In this document: piece by piece, positions 1 through 11,138 of the stretch | Position numbering within the stretch: the first letter of the stretch is position 1 | Layout of the letters: the number at the start of each line of letters is the position of its first letter | Origin: Octopus bimaculoides | Lineage: Eukaryota | Assembly: GCF_001194135.2 (NCBI RefSeq) | Contig: NC_068997.1 | Span: 34,257,076 to 34,290,162, forward strand | Direction: 5' to 3' | DNA: 33,087 nt | Notes under the pieces: model-generated | What the model was told of the DNA's origin: nothing | Database searches by the model: none | The model's input: the letters and a program-made list of their open reading frames with translations, nothing else | Program-made: the position numbers and the translations under genes

Positions 1-28
1 TCGTTTTTAGCATATAATTTTAGGTCAT

Positions 29-91
29 CCATATATAGAAGGTGGCTGACCGTTTTTCCGCCATATATAGAAGGTGGCTGACTGTTTTTCC

Positions 92-92
<1 letters not shown>
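29..92. repeat. 32-bp tandem duplication (2 copies, 1 mismatch)
   Basis: ccatatatagaaggtggctgaccgtttttccg (29-60) followed by ccatatatagaaggtggctgactgtttttccg (61-92). Confidence 0.95.

Positions 93-173
<81 letters not shown>
93..173. repeat. (TTA)n microsatellite
   Basis: Uninterrupted TTA tract; source of the poly-Ile artefact ORF 25..309. Confidence 0.98.
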
Positions 174-175
<2 letters not shown>

Positions 176-295
176 TCCGCTTTAGCGAAGGCGTAGGTAT
201 TGTTTTCAGTCGTGTGTGTTTGTTTGTTTGTCTGCGGACAAGATATCGCAAGAACCGCTGGATGGACTCGGATGAAACTTTCAGGGATGCTTGGC
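171..295 (+). mobile_element. Probable terminal fragment of a Helentron-associated non-autonomous element (HINE/DINE-1-like)
   Basis: Hairpin acctccgc-tttagcgaag-gcgtaggt (7/8 paired) right after a TT-rich site, then gttttc, a (GTTT)n/GTCT microsatellite and ...ggatgaaacttt. This order resembles HINE/DINE-type ends known from other animals. No Rep/helicase coding sequence is present. Confidence 0.5.
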
Positions 296-317
296 CCCGT
301 AAGTGGCATGAACTGTG

Positions 318-412
318 GCAGTTACGCACTGGGGTCACTGTAATCGATTTACTCTCTCACCCCAAATTTCAGACCTTGTTCTTATAGTAGAAAGGATTAT
401 TGTTATTATTAA
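318..412 (+). mobile_element. SINE family S2, 3' half with (TTA)n tail
   Basis: cagttacgcactggggtcactgtaatcgatttactctctcacccaaattt aligns in-window with 1657-1705 and ends in ggattattgttattatt. Confidence 0.7.
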
Positions 413-1537
413 TTTTCCTTCTTTCAATTCTGTTTCCATATTTTGCCAAGTGTTTTCCTGATACCTAGGGCAAGTAAACAACTGTATATATTGATAAGCA
501 ATTCAAATACAGAAGATTGTTCAATTACAAAATCAGATATAGTTATGTAGAAAAAAATTATTTTCATGGATGGTAATCGTTGTCAAAGCGATATTGCTTT
601 TCTCAGCACTTGTGACGTTGTTGGCACTCCGTCGCTTACGACGTCGAGGGTTCCAGTTGATCTGATCAACAGAACAGCCTGCTCGTGAAATTAACGTGCA
701 AGTGGCTGAGCATTCCACAGACACGTGTACCCTTAACGTAGTTCTCGAGGATATTCAGCGTGACACAGTGTTACAAGGCTGACCCTTTGAATTACAGGCA
801 CAACAGAAACAGGAAGTAAGAGAAAGTTGTGGTGAAAGATTACAGCAGGGTTCGGCACCATCCCCTGCCGGAGCCTCGTGGAATTTTAGGTGTTTTCGCT
901 CAATAAACACTCACAGCGCCCGGTCTGAGAATCGAAACCGCGATCTTATGACCGCGAGTCTGCTGTCCTAACCACTAGGCCATTGCGCCTCCACAGTTGT
1001 GACGTAATATTTAGAATAATTTTTTGTACTTCTTGTAGGGATGGTAATCATTCTCAAATAATTTTCAATTCTTTTTCTTGATCATTCCTTGTGTTCCTAC
1101 GATCACTGGTAATGTAACCACCTTGAGATGCCATATTTTTTCGATTTCATTGAGAAAAATCTTTATACTTTCTGAGCTTGATAAATTCTTATACCGAAAT
1201 ATGATTACAAAAGATACTTAGGATGATCAATAATCAGACCTTATTAGTTTTTTTTACACAATATCCGGTTTATTAGCTTTGATGGTTCTGACTGGAAAGT
1301 CCCAAAGAATTGTCACATTTTCTCCCTTAATTACAACCTCCGGGTGATCATTACACCTCCTGTCAACAGTTTTGATTTTATAATGCAGATATATTAACCA
1401 GTGTAGATATTGGCCAACTCTGTTCATGTCTTAATTTGTACTCTACTGGTGCTAAAACGTTAAGTCCTGAGATTAATTGGTTCACTTTTCTTTTCTCGTC
1501 ATTGCAGAAACGGCACTTGGGACCTACTTCATTTTCC
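412..1537 (-). mobile_element. RLE non-LTR retrotransposon (R4/Dong-like) copy A: 5'-truncated, decayed, interrupted by a SINE at 619-994
   Basis: Minus strand gives PKCRFC...QLISG...LAPVEYKLRH (CCHC knuckle), LWDFPVRT-IKANKPDI (PD motif), and KYKDF..EIEKIWHLKVVTLPVIVGTQGMIKK. Removing the SINE restores EVQKIILNITSQVLRKAISL*. The 3' UTR runs into TAA repeats at about 412. Confidence 0.85.
619..994 (-). mobile_element. tRNA-derived SINE family S1, full length, with target-site duplication
   Basis: Head gtggaggcgcaatggcctagtggttagg (A box) ... ggtttcgattc (B box). TSD acttgtgacgt (608-618) and agttgtgacgt (995-1005), 10/11 identical. Confidence 0.9.
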
Positions 1538-1729
1538 AGAATCGTTACTGCACTGGGCAAAGTGCTCAGATTTCTTCCGGATCTCTAGGTCCTGAGCTCA
1601 AGTGCTACCGAGCCCGACTTTACTTTCTATCCTTTCGTAGTTAAGAAAATAAATACCATTTGAGCATTGGGTCGATGTAATCGACTAACTCTCTACCCAA
1701 AATTTTGGATAATTACTATTATTATTATT
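1537..1729 (+). mobile_element. SINE family S2, diverged, with a Deu/Nin-like central block and (TTA)n tail
   Basis: cccgactttactttctatcctttcgtagttaagaaaataaataccatt resembles the Deu/Nin-type SINE central domain. The 3' part matches 318-412 and ends in attactattattattatt. Confidence 0.6.
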
Positions 1730-2193
1730 GAGCGAGAGAGCAGTGCATGCCATCAAAGTGTCACTGGGGTAAAATATATGGAGTCCAGTATATCCATCAT
1801 GACTACCTGTCTGATAAGGGTGCATCAGGCATATGCATCACCATCATATGTGCACGACATGGTGATCTCGTATCAAGATAAACAGCGCATAACCTTGCAG
1901 GTGGGCGCAGTTAGAATTGTTTTCAGGTCGAGTGGCCCATCCCGCTCAAAAGGTTCCTGAATAAGGTTTGTTTAAGGATGTTGAACGAAACACTCATGTT
2001 TCCAGAGATGAATTATTCAAACCCCAAAGAATTCCTTTCAACACGTGACTATGATGCTCCCCCAATACTTCTGCTCGTGATCAGAGATGCAAATATCGTT
2101 AGCCACTAAAGGACATGTTCAACTGGTTAAAGTCAAACAATTGACAAGCAAATCTGTGGTATTCAGCAGAATATTTGCTGTAGCCCATCCTCT
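1730..2193. other. Unclassified non-coding segment of about 460 bp between a TTA tract and the 3' end of LINE copy B (long 3' UTR or separate interspersed repeat)
   Basis: More GC-balanced than its flanks, no credible ORF, sharply bounded by (TTA)n on the left; short hairpin cagca-gaatatt-tgctg near 2164-2180. Confidence 0.35.
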
Positions 2194-3698
2194 TTATCAC
2201 AGGTTTTGTTGGAGCTCCTGGGGTCTTGCATGCGTAACGAGATTGCTACCTTCAGCCCACGGTACCATGCTATCTGTTCTTTTCTGCTAATACTTTCCTG
2301 ATTTTTCTGGCCGTGTCCAGGAGGCAAAACCTTTTGTAACTTCTACTGGGCACTCTATTCCAATTTCCTTTCTATTCCCCTTGCTGCGTTCTGATACTGC
2401 TCTCAAGGACCCAACAATAACTGGCACTATCTTCACCTTCATTTTCCATAGCCGGGCTATTTTGTACTTAAGACAGTTGTATCTATCTTTATTTTCACTT
2501 TCCTTCTTGACTATTCGCGGGTCAAAAGGGCATACAACATTAACTATATAATATATGTAGTGCACCTTGTCCACCACCTCTAGATCCGGTCTGTTATGCT
2601 CTAGCACCTGATCTATTTGGATTGGGAAATCCTAGACGATTTTGCTAGTCTCCGACTCTGTTACTCTCTGCGGTTTATGCTCATACCACGTCTTGCGACT
2701 CTCTACCCTCCACTTTTTGCACAATTTCCAATATAGCAGTTTCACTACCTGATCGTGTCGCCACAACTTGTAGTGGTTTGGGGCAAGTCTAGGTCATTCG
2801 TTCGTAATATGGGCAATGGTTTTATCCACTCTATTGGAAATGCGGCACAGTGGAGTCACTTGATCATTTCTAAGGTTGACCGTCCAGTTCGTGGCCAAAA
2901 CTTGGTCTTGCGCTGCCAGTATAATGCTCTCGGTCTTTTTTTAGTGTTCCTTTCATCAGCCAATTCCACCTATTTTTTCCAGCAACTTCTGTTGTGGCAA
3001 CATGGAATTGATTGTGCAGTGCCTTGTGTAATTCTTCTTCATGCCCTTTTTGTACTTCATCCTTTGTTTTCTCTTTTTCTCTGCTTTCAATATTCCCTCG
3101 TTCCTAACTGTCACTAGCAAGGATTCCTTACTTTGGGCTAGGTATCTCATTAAACTCTCAAATTCGATACGCATGCAGTTTTTCACACTTATCAGTCCCC
3201 TTCCTCCATTTGCTCTCTTCATGTATAGGCGATCAGCATCTGCATGTGGATGATGGTCTGCATGCATCGTCAGGAGCTTTCATAACTTCCTGTCCATCTC
3301 CTTTAGCTCCTCTTCTGTCCATTTCAGGATTCCAGCGTCATACAGAACTAGTGCGACTGCGCGCGAGTTTATTACCGAAATTATGTTTCTGGCATTCAGT
3401 TTTGAAGCCAATATTTTTCTCTCTCACCGCAGATACTCTTTTTTCTGCCTTTTTCTTTACGCCGTGGTGTTTGATTCCATTTGCCTCAAGTATTCGCAGG
3501 TATACATAGCAGAACTGAGGTTAGATTGCCTTCATGATTTCACGACTTAGCAACCATATGCCTTCTGTCATGGAAAGCTTTCCTCGTCTCATCAGCATCG
3601 TAGCACATTTTGAGAGTCGAAACTCCATCTTAATAATATTGGAGAAAATCCACACAGAGTGGACTAGACTGTTTTTGTGAATAGGTTCAGTCGTCCAA
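2194..3698 (-). mobile_element. RLE non-LTR retrotransposon (R4/Dong-like) copy B: RT C-terminal half, degenerate zinc knuckle and RLE
   Basis: LDD (3698-3690) ... IFSNIIKMEFRLSKCATMLMRRGK; YLGILE; HPHADADRLYMKRANGGRGLISV; AQDQVLATN; RHDQV; HNRPDL ... CPFDPRIVKKESENKDRY ... IARLWKMKVKIVPVIVGSL. Multiple stops and frameshifts. Confidence 0.9.
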
Positions 3699-3857
<159 letters not shown>

Positions 3858-5050
3858 TGTAGTCTTATTTTTATCACGTGTTTTCACTACTCTACCGAGC
3901 GCAGCTCTGTGTGCCTGGGGTATGTGCTGTGGTTTGTTGTGGAGCTGTTATCTTCACAGTATTGAAAGTGTTTTACGTAGGATGTGTGCGATGCCTAGTA
4001 GTGCTCTTTTCTGCAATTTAAATATACTTGTAAGAACTGGTGTTTTGTTATGTATTTGTCCGAGTGATTTTTTATCATACCTAATACGCATACTTAGGAA
4101 TTGTTTCTGTTTTTAGACCCCACATTCGAGTTACCTCTATTTCCAGATCTTTGTATTTTGAAAGTGTCTCCATGTCTTTTAGAGAAACATTGTTATCTGT
4201 TGGTACTGATACATCGATCAAAGCCTTTTTTTCTTGGTAATCTCTGACAACTATATCGGCAAATTGCCCTTAATTTCACCATCTATGGGTATTGATATAT
4301 CCCAGAGTATGGTTGCTCTCTCATTTTCTCTGATATTTTCTGGGGTGTGCCTATACCATCCTTTTTCTGTTGTTATTCCATAGTGTTGGCATAGCTTCCA
4401 GTCTATATAGGTCCCAACTTTGTCGTGTCTGTGAATATACTCCTTCTTAGCCAGGACTGGGCAGCCAGAGAAAATATGATTTATTGTTTCTTCTCCATCA
4501 CCACATATTCTGCAGTTACTTGTATTTCTTTTCATTACATGTTTTTGGCGATTTCTGAGTGAAAGGCTTTGATCTTCTGCTACAATTAAAAATCCTTCAA
4601 TCTCTGCTTTAAGTCTTGAGCTTCCCAGACTTTGTTGGGATTTTGCTTTGTCTATTTATTTCCTGTTTAACTTAGCCCAATATTTGCCGTGTGGGGACTT
4701 TTCTTGCCATCGTTTTATCATGATACAATGCTGTTCCAGTTTTAGTTTGGATTTCATTTGTTGTACAACTTTTGTTGTTTCTTCTTTTTCTTCATAGTTG
4801 TTAGGTACTATGACTTTTTCGTATTTGTCAGCTTCCTTAAAGACAGAAAACAGTTTTTTTGTTTTGTTTGTGTTTTGTGGCTATTTGTATTAGCTTACCT
4901 TGTTTCTGTAAGTATTTCTGTAGTCCTATAGTGGTTATTTTGTAATAGCTTTGTAGCTGTATAAGGGCTCTACTGCCTTCGTTACGTTGTATATATAGTC
5001 TTTCTATGTCAGATTTTGGGTGGTGCAGTCTGAGATCCTTGTTGTGACTT
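3858..5050 (-). mobile_element. RLE non-LTR retrotransposon (R4/Dong-like) copy C, 5'-truncated, with (TAA)n tail
   Basis: HHPKSDIERLYIQRNEGSRALIQL; EIEGFLIVAEDQSL; CRICGDGEETINHIFSGCPVLAKKEYIHRHDKVG (intact CCHC); ILWDISIP...PDIVV; ALIDVSVPTDNNVS; LQKRALLGIAHILRKTLS. The 3' UTR ends directly in (TAA)n at 3856. Confidence 0.92.
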
Positions 5051-5125
5051 GACAGACAGTACAAACCCCCGGTAGGCATATCTTCAATCAACAACATCAC
5101 GATATTGGATATTGCGCAACGTCTT

Positions 5126-5323
<198 letters not shown>

Positions 5324-5430
5324 CACTCAGGCAGCACAAACATCCGCCAAGGCAACACCAACGTCCTCAACGATTAGCCAGAGATGATTTTGAAAATGAG
5401 ATGATTTTTAAAATGAGCGGAGATACTTGC

Positions 5431-5504
5431 TCATTTCTAAGGTTGACCCTCCAGTTCCTGGCCAAAGCTTGAACTTGCACTGCCTGTATAGTGCTCTCAG
5501 CCTT
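5431..5504 (-). mobile_element. 74-bp isolated fragment of the LINE copy B family
   Basis: Ungapped manual alignment to 2864-2937 gives about 10 mismatches in 74 nt (about 86% identity). Confidence 0.85.
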
Positions 5505-5784
5505 GCACCAAAATTTGAAGCAATTATTATTTTGTTGAAATTTTCTTGTTATTGTTTTTGTTGTTTACACGTGTTGACGTAAATAGTCCTCACTGTCCTT
5601 TTTCTGGGTATCGTCCTAAATATTTTTGTACCCTTGTGGACAATAAAGAATATAATATTATCATCGTTATTCTTCTTATATTCTGTCTGTTAAGAAGGAA
5701 GAAAGCGGTTAAGTTGCAGTCAAGGATAGTGTTGGAAATACGACTATTGTTTTGGAGTAGGATATATCTTTAGCCGATTATTTT

Positions 5785-5839
5785 GTGTCTTCACCCTGAA
5801 CAAGGGTGTATAGCTACAGAAAACGTTTGAATGAGACAC
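5785..5839 (+). ncRNA. Degenerate hammerhead-like motif, probable PLE terminus
   Basis: GUGUCUUCACC-CUGAACA-AGGG-UGUA(UAGC)UACA-GAAA-ACGUUU-GAAUGAGACAC. The flanks pair (GUGUCU/AGACAC), but the core has G8 changed to C. Confidence 0.3.
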
Positions 5840-6744
5840 GCAAGTGTCTTCTTTATCAACCGGAAATATATGTGGAATACCGTCCAGTAAGGATAAGTTG
5901 TCATCAACGGTTTACTTTTTAGTCTCTATAAAACCTCCGATTGAACTCGCACTGTATTTTACTATATTTTACTATATTTTACTCACACATCACAACAATT
6001 AAGGAAAGAACAAAATCTAGTACTTATATTATTTCCTAAAGTTAAGCATCGAGTCTACTCGTGGCTTGGTAGAGAAATGGAAGGCAACATGTTTTCTATG
6101 TTCTAGCTTTGCACCGTTCATCGCTGACACTCTCTAAGAGTGCGGTGATAGGTTTGTAGTTTCCCTGGAACATGTCACTATAAAGTTAATTTTATTTTAC
6201 AACAATGATTATGACATAAGTGCTATTGTGTTGAGTGTAAAACTTTATATGTATGAGATCAGGATTTGTCGGTTCCAAGCACCATTATTCTCAGTTGTGT
6301 GTAATAAGAAATTGACAGTTTAACGAGTGAGGTCCCGACCCATTTTCAGGTTTCCTTAGCACTTATTTTAACTAATTCTAACTATACAGTAATTCTAATT
6401 ATTTCAAGTTATTGCTAATCTTTTATTGTCCCCTGGCAGCTGAGCTGGACAGGCGGTGGAAGTTGCTTTTTGCATTTTATAGTCGTATAACGGAGGATCT
6501 TCGAGTTGGATAGACTTTATTCATGCAATATGGAACATCTTTAGTTCGAAACAAATTAGAGATTTGTGGTAAAGGTTTCAGATCAGGTAGAAACGATGGA
6601 AAAGTTTCTTACATATTCGCGCATGTATGATGTCAGGAAGCTTGCTTCGTAATCACCTAGTGCTTGTCTCGATCTTATTTCGATCACTCTGCGAAAGGAT
6701 TTTGAGAGAAACTTCAGTAGACGGAAATTGTTGGAAACTTCGTG

Positions 6745-6857
6745 ATACACATCTACATACATGCACATGCATATATACATACATATGCATACACATATAT
6801 GCACATACATGCACATACATATATAGATACATACATACATACATACATACATACATA
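6745..6857. repeat. (CATA)n/(CA/TA) compound microsatellite
   Basis: Direct reading. Confidence 0.95.
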
Positions 6858-7149
6858 GGTATAAAAAGAAATGTTCGGTGGTACTAATGAGTAACTCACA
6901 TACACTCTACATTTCGTGTCTTGCAAGAATGGCGAAATAAGTACCAGACTAAGTATTGATGTTGATTGAAAAAGAGAAAAATCTTTCTCAATTTAATGAT
7001 GTCAATTTCTGAATAGCATCTCAAGACATTTAAAATCTGTATTATAAACTCATACAAAGAACGTGTTAGACGACGTGTTAGTGTTCGGCTTTTGCCGAAT
7101 AACCTGCACAACTGATTTGTTTATAGTGATGAAATGTATGTGCCGCTCA

Positions 7150-7346
7150 CCCCTCCATCATATCGACGTTGCTTCAACAGGGGCACGGTGTCGCACTCGT
7201 CAGGTGTCGAAGTGACGGCAGAGCAACGTGAGATGAAGTGTTTTGCTCAAGTGCATAGCGCAACGCACCACTCGATCTAGGAATTGAAACCACGACCATG
7301 CGATCGTTAGAGCAACATCTAAACCACTTGGCCATGAGTCCTCACA
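7150..7346 (-). mobile_element. tRNA-derived SINE family S4, diverged
   Basis: Head gtgaggactcatggccaagtggtttag ... ggtttcaattcc, then cttgagcaaaacacttcatctcacgttgctc; homologous in-window to 32730-32855. Confidence 0.8.
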
Positions 7347-7356
7347 ATATATATAT

Positions 7357-7843
7357 NNNNNNNNNNNNNNNNNNNNNNNNNNNNNNNNNNNNNNNNNNNN
7401 NNNNNNNNNNNNNNNNNNNNNNNNNNNNNNNNNNNNNNNNNNNNNNNNNNNNNNNNNNNNNNNNNNNNNNNNNNNNNNNNNNNNNNNNNNNNNNNNNNNN
7501 NNNNNNNNNNNNNNNNNNNNNNNNNNNNNNNNNNNNNNNNNNNNNNNNNNNNNNNNNNNNNNNNNNNNNNNNNNNNNNNNNNNNNNNNNNNNNNNNNNNN
7601 NNNNNNNNNNNNNNNNNNNNNNNNNNNNNNNNNNNNNNNNNNNNNNNNNNNNNNNNNNNNNNNNNNNNNNNNNNNNNNNNNNNNNNNNNNNNNNNNNNNN
7701 NNNNNNNNNNNNNNNNNNNNNNNNNNNNNNNNNNNNNNNNNNNNNNNNNNNNNNNNNNNNNNNNNNNNNNNNNNNNNNNNNNNNNNNNNNNNNNNNNNNN
7801 NNNNNNNNNNNNNNNNNNNNNNNNNNNNNNNNNNNNNNNNNNN
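7357..7843. other. Assembly gap (N). Other gaps: 8477-9201, 13335-13690, 14376-14606, 25595-25838, 28198-28640, 31156-31432
   Basis: N runs, nearly all abutting (TA)n or (TG)n tracts, as expected for short-read assembly collapse. Confidence 0.99.
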
Positions 7844-8119
7844 ATATATATATATATATATACATATGTATATATTTCTTTTGGGGATTTGGTTTGGAAG
7901 ATTCTTTAAGTGAGTTCGTGTGTTGAAGCATATTCTGTTGTCTCTGGTGAGAGAAATTTTCTTTTTGTGCCTTATAATTTAATACACTCACCGGTAAAAT
8001 TTCCATTTATTTTTTATTTTTATTTTCCTAAAACTTTCGTCGCATCTTGCAACCTTTTTAATAGTCTTGACTCTGTCTGTTATTTACACTGCGTTCTTTT
8101 TTGTTTGTTTGTGCGCATG

Positions 8120-8476
8120 CGTGTCAGTCAGTGTGTGTGTGTATGTGTGTGACTATGCATGCATGTATGTATGTATGCATGTATGTATGTATGCATGTAT
8201 GTATGTATGCATGTATGTGTAAGCATATGTATATATGTATGTATGTGTGTGCATCTGTATGTATGTATTCTGCATATTCATGTGCTTGCGTGTTCGTGTT
8301 TCTGTGTTTTTTATGTATGTGTGTGCGTGTGTTTGTATATGTATACACCTCTGTCTCCTTGTGTGTGCATATCTGAGTGTGTATGTGTGCTTGTTTTGCA
8401 ACTATGTACCGTTTTTGTATGTATGGCGGTGCATCTCCATATGTGTGGAACATGTTTCCATATGTGTCCTTGTGTG
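8120..8476. repeat. (TG)n/(ATGT)n low-complexity tract
   Basis: Direct reading; source of the VCVC/MYVC and HTHT ORFs. Confidence 0.95.
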
Positions 8477-9229
8477 NNNNNNNNNNNNNNNNNNNNNNNN
8501 NNNNNNNNNNNNNNNNNNNNNNNNNNNNNNNNNNNNNNNNNNNNNNNNNNNNNNNNNNNNNNNNNNNNNNNNNNNNNNNNNNNNNNNNNNNNNNNNNNNN
8601 NNNNNNNNNNNNNNNNNNNNNNNNNNNNNNNNNNNNNNNNNNNNNNNNNNNNNNNNNNNNNNNNNNNNNNNNNNNNNNNNNNNNNNNNNNNNNNNNNNNN
8701 NNNNNNNNNNNNNNNNNNNNNNNNNNNNNNNNNNNNNNNNNNNNNNNNNNNNNNNNNNNNNNNNNNNNNNNNNNNNNNNNNNNNNNNNNNNNNNNNNNNN
8801 NNNNNNNNNNNNNNNNNNNNNNNNNNNNNNNNNNNNNNNNNNNNNNNNNNNNNNNNNNNNNNNNNNNNNNNNNNNNNNNNNNNNNNNNNNNNNNNNNNNN
8901 NNNNNNNNNNNNNNNNNNNNNNNNNNNNNNNNNNNNNNNNNNNNNNNNNNNNNNNNNNNNNNNNNNNNNNNNNNNNNNNNNNNNNNNNNNNNNNNNNNNN
9001 NNNNNNNNNNNNNNNNNNNNNNNNNNNNNNNNNNNNNNNNNNNNNNNNNNNNNNNNNNNNNNNNNNNNNNNNNNNNNNNNNNNNNNNNNNNNNNNNNNNN
9101 NNNNNNNNNNNNNNNNNNNNNNNNNNNNNNNNNNNNNNNNNNNNNNNNNNNNNNNNNNNNNNNNNNNNNNNNNNNNNNNNNNNNNNNNNNNNNNNNNNNN
9201 NTGTGTGTGTGTGTGTGTGTGTGTGTGTT

Positions 9230-10330
9230 CAGGGTAATCCAGAAAGTTTTACACATTGATATTAATTATTCAAAATAAACTTAAGGTAGGATAATGAAAT
9301 TTGGCACACACGTTCTACTGTAAATTGTCAATCCATTGTGGTATTTACATTTCAAAATGACCACCTTTCGCCTGCAAACGAGTAGTCACTGAGTTACAAG
9401 AGCGTTGTACCACATCTTCATCCAACTTGACCCATGAAGACAAGAGCTTTCTTCAAGTCTGACACATTTGAATAGGAGCGAGCAGAAACATTACTCTCTA
9501 AAATGGACCAAATAGCAAAGCTCATGGGTTTGATGTCTGGCTTTGAGGAAGGCCATATCATTTTGTCCCCAACACTGCTGAAATGCTCTTTGCACCACCT
9601 CTATGTCAGATTGGATATGTGGGCTGGAGCCCCGTCTTGAATGTAACGGTCATCAAAGGTTTTTTGTGACTCAGGTAACACTTTCTCATCTAACATTCCC
9701 ACATAAACTTCACCGTTGACCTTGATGCTAGCATCAATGAAGATCAAGGGAGGCTTGGACACATCAGATGAAACTGAGTGAAGCTGGCTTCTGACGGCGT
9801 AAATGTCTCCTGCTACCTTCGGGCAAGCATTATATGCATAAAACCTGTAATTATGCCTGTTGGTAACTGCCGCCACAGTGAAGATCTTCTCGTCGGACGA
9901 GATCAACATATTGTTAGCGGCGTGCTTCATTTCATCTAACATGTTTTTATCCCTGTCGAGCCGTTTCTTAAAGCTGCTGAAATTAACTGCCAAGATTGTT
10001 TCTTGTATGTAGTTAGATTTAAATCCACTTCAAAAATCCTGTGCATTGAGGATTTCGAAGTATCAAGAGCTTTTGCAGTCTTTCTTGCACTCCTGCAAGA
10101 ATTTCAGTTCATTCGCTTCTTCACAGCTTCAACAGCTTGTCTGGTACGAATTGATCGTTTCCTACCAGGAATTGGCAGCTAGAAGTAGTAACAGACTCCA
10201 TATACCGTTTCCAGGTATTGAACATAGTTTTATCGTACAAATTCAGCTGTTTTGTTATGTCCTGGTTGCTTACTCCAGCTGTTTTCAAAGCGACAATCTG
10301 GTCATGTTTTGCTTTCGACGCCATGTTTTT
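9230..10330 (-). mobile_element. Tc1/mariner DD37D (maT-type) transposon relic 1
   Basis: MASKAKHDQIVALKTAGVSN (HTH region); ISSDEKIFTV; QDGAPAH...WPSSKPDIKPMSFAIWSILE, with exactly 37 residues between the second D and the third catalytic position (mutated to S). cagggtaatcc at 9230 looks like a TIR; the opposite TIR is not clearly identifiable. Confidence 0.88.
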
Positions 10331-10709
10331 TTTTTTACAAATCTGTTATAGACGAACAAAACAATAGATGCATAAACAAAAGACTTATACAAATCTTTAT
10401 GTAAAATGTAGATAATATTACCTGAAAAATATATAAAAGGAGAAAAAATACTAGAGATTCAGTATACACCATGTGGCAAAATTATGAGTTGAAAATATTT
10501 AGAAAGTATATATAAAATGTTACTTCACAATGTCCCTTGAAAAGCTAATTTAAATAGCGATAACCGGTTGGATATCACTACATCCATAAAATATGTATAT
10601 ATTAAAAAAGATATTCTGTATAAAAAGATATTAAACAATGTGAAACGAAGGCATTTCTCTTCCACTTTTTATACATGTTTTCCACATATTTTCAACCTAT
10701 ATATGTATA

Positions 10710-11110
10710 TTCCTTTATCCTTTTATTCTTTTATTTGTTTTAGTCATTTGACTGCAGCCATGCCGGAGCACTGTCTTTAGTCTAGCAAATCGACCACAAG
10801 ACTTATTCTTTGAAGCCTAGTACTTATTCTATCGGTCTCTTTTGCCGAATCGCTAGTTACAGGGACATAAAACACACCAGCATCGGTTGTCAAGCGATGT
10901 TTGGGAGACAAACACAGACACACAAGCAAATACACACACATATATACATATATATACTTCAGTTTCCGTCCACCAAATCCACTCACAACGCTTTGGTCGC
11001 CCCGAGGCTATAGTAGAAGACACTTGCCTAAGATGCCATGCAGTGGGACTGAATCCGGAACCATGTGGTTGGTAAGCAAGTTACGTACCACACAGCCCCT
11101 CCTGCGCCTA
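10710..11110 (-). mobile_element. tRNA-derived SINE family S3, full length, with an internal CA/TA microsatellite
   Basis: Head taggcgcaggaggggctgtgtggt ... ggttccggattcagtccc; CORE-like ttaggcaagtgtcttc; 3' block cggcaaaagagaccgatagaataagtac; (AAAAGAAT)-like tail. The 5' half matches 17941 and 26114. Confidence 0.88.
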
Positions 11111-11138
11111 TGTATATATATATATATATATATATGCT

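Noticed and set aside
5955-5983. Three copies of a 10-bp unit (tattttacta)
   Set aside because: An ordinary slippage repeat in AT-rich DNA; no spacers, so not CRISPR-like.
6420-6495. Pyrimidine tract plus CAG followed by a short open frame (possible exon)
   Set aside because: It hits a stop after 16 codons, with no donor site or recognisable protein.
6560-6745. gtatcacgaagtttcc on the minus strand, resembling a mariner TIR
   Set aside because: No partner TIR or transposase sequence was found.
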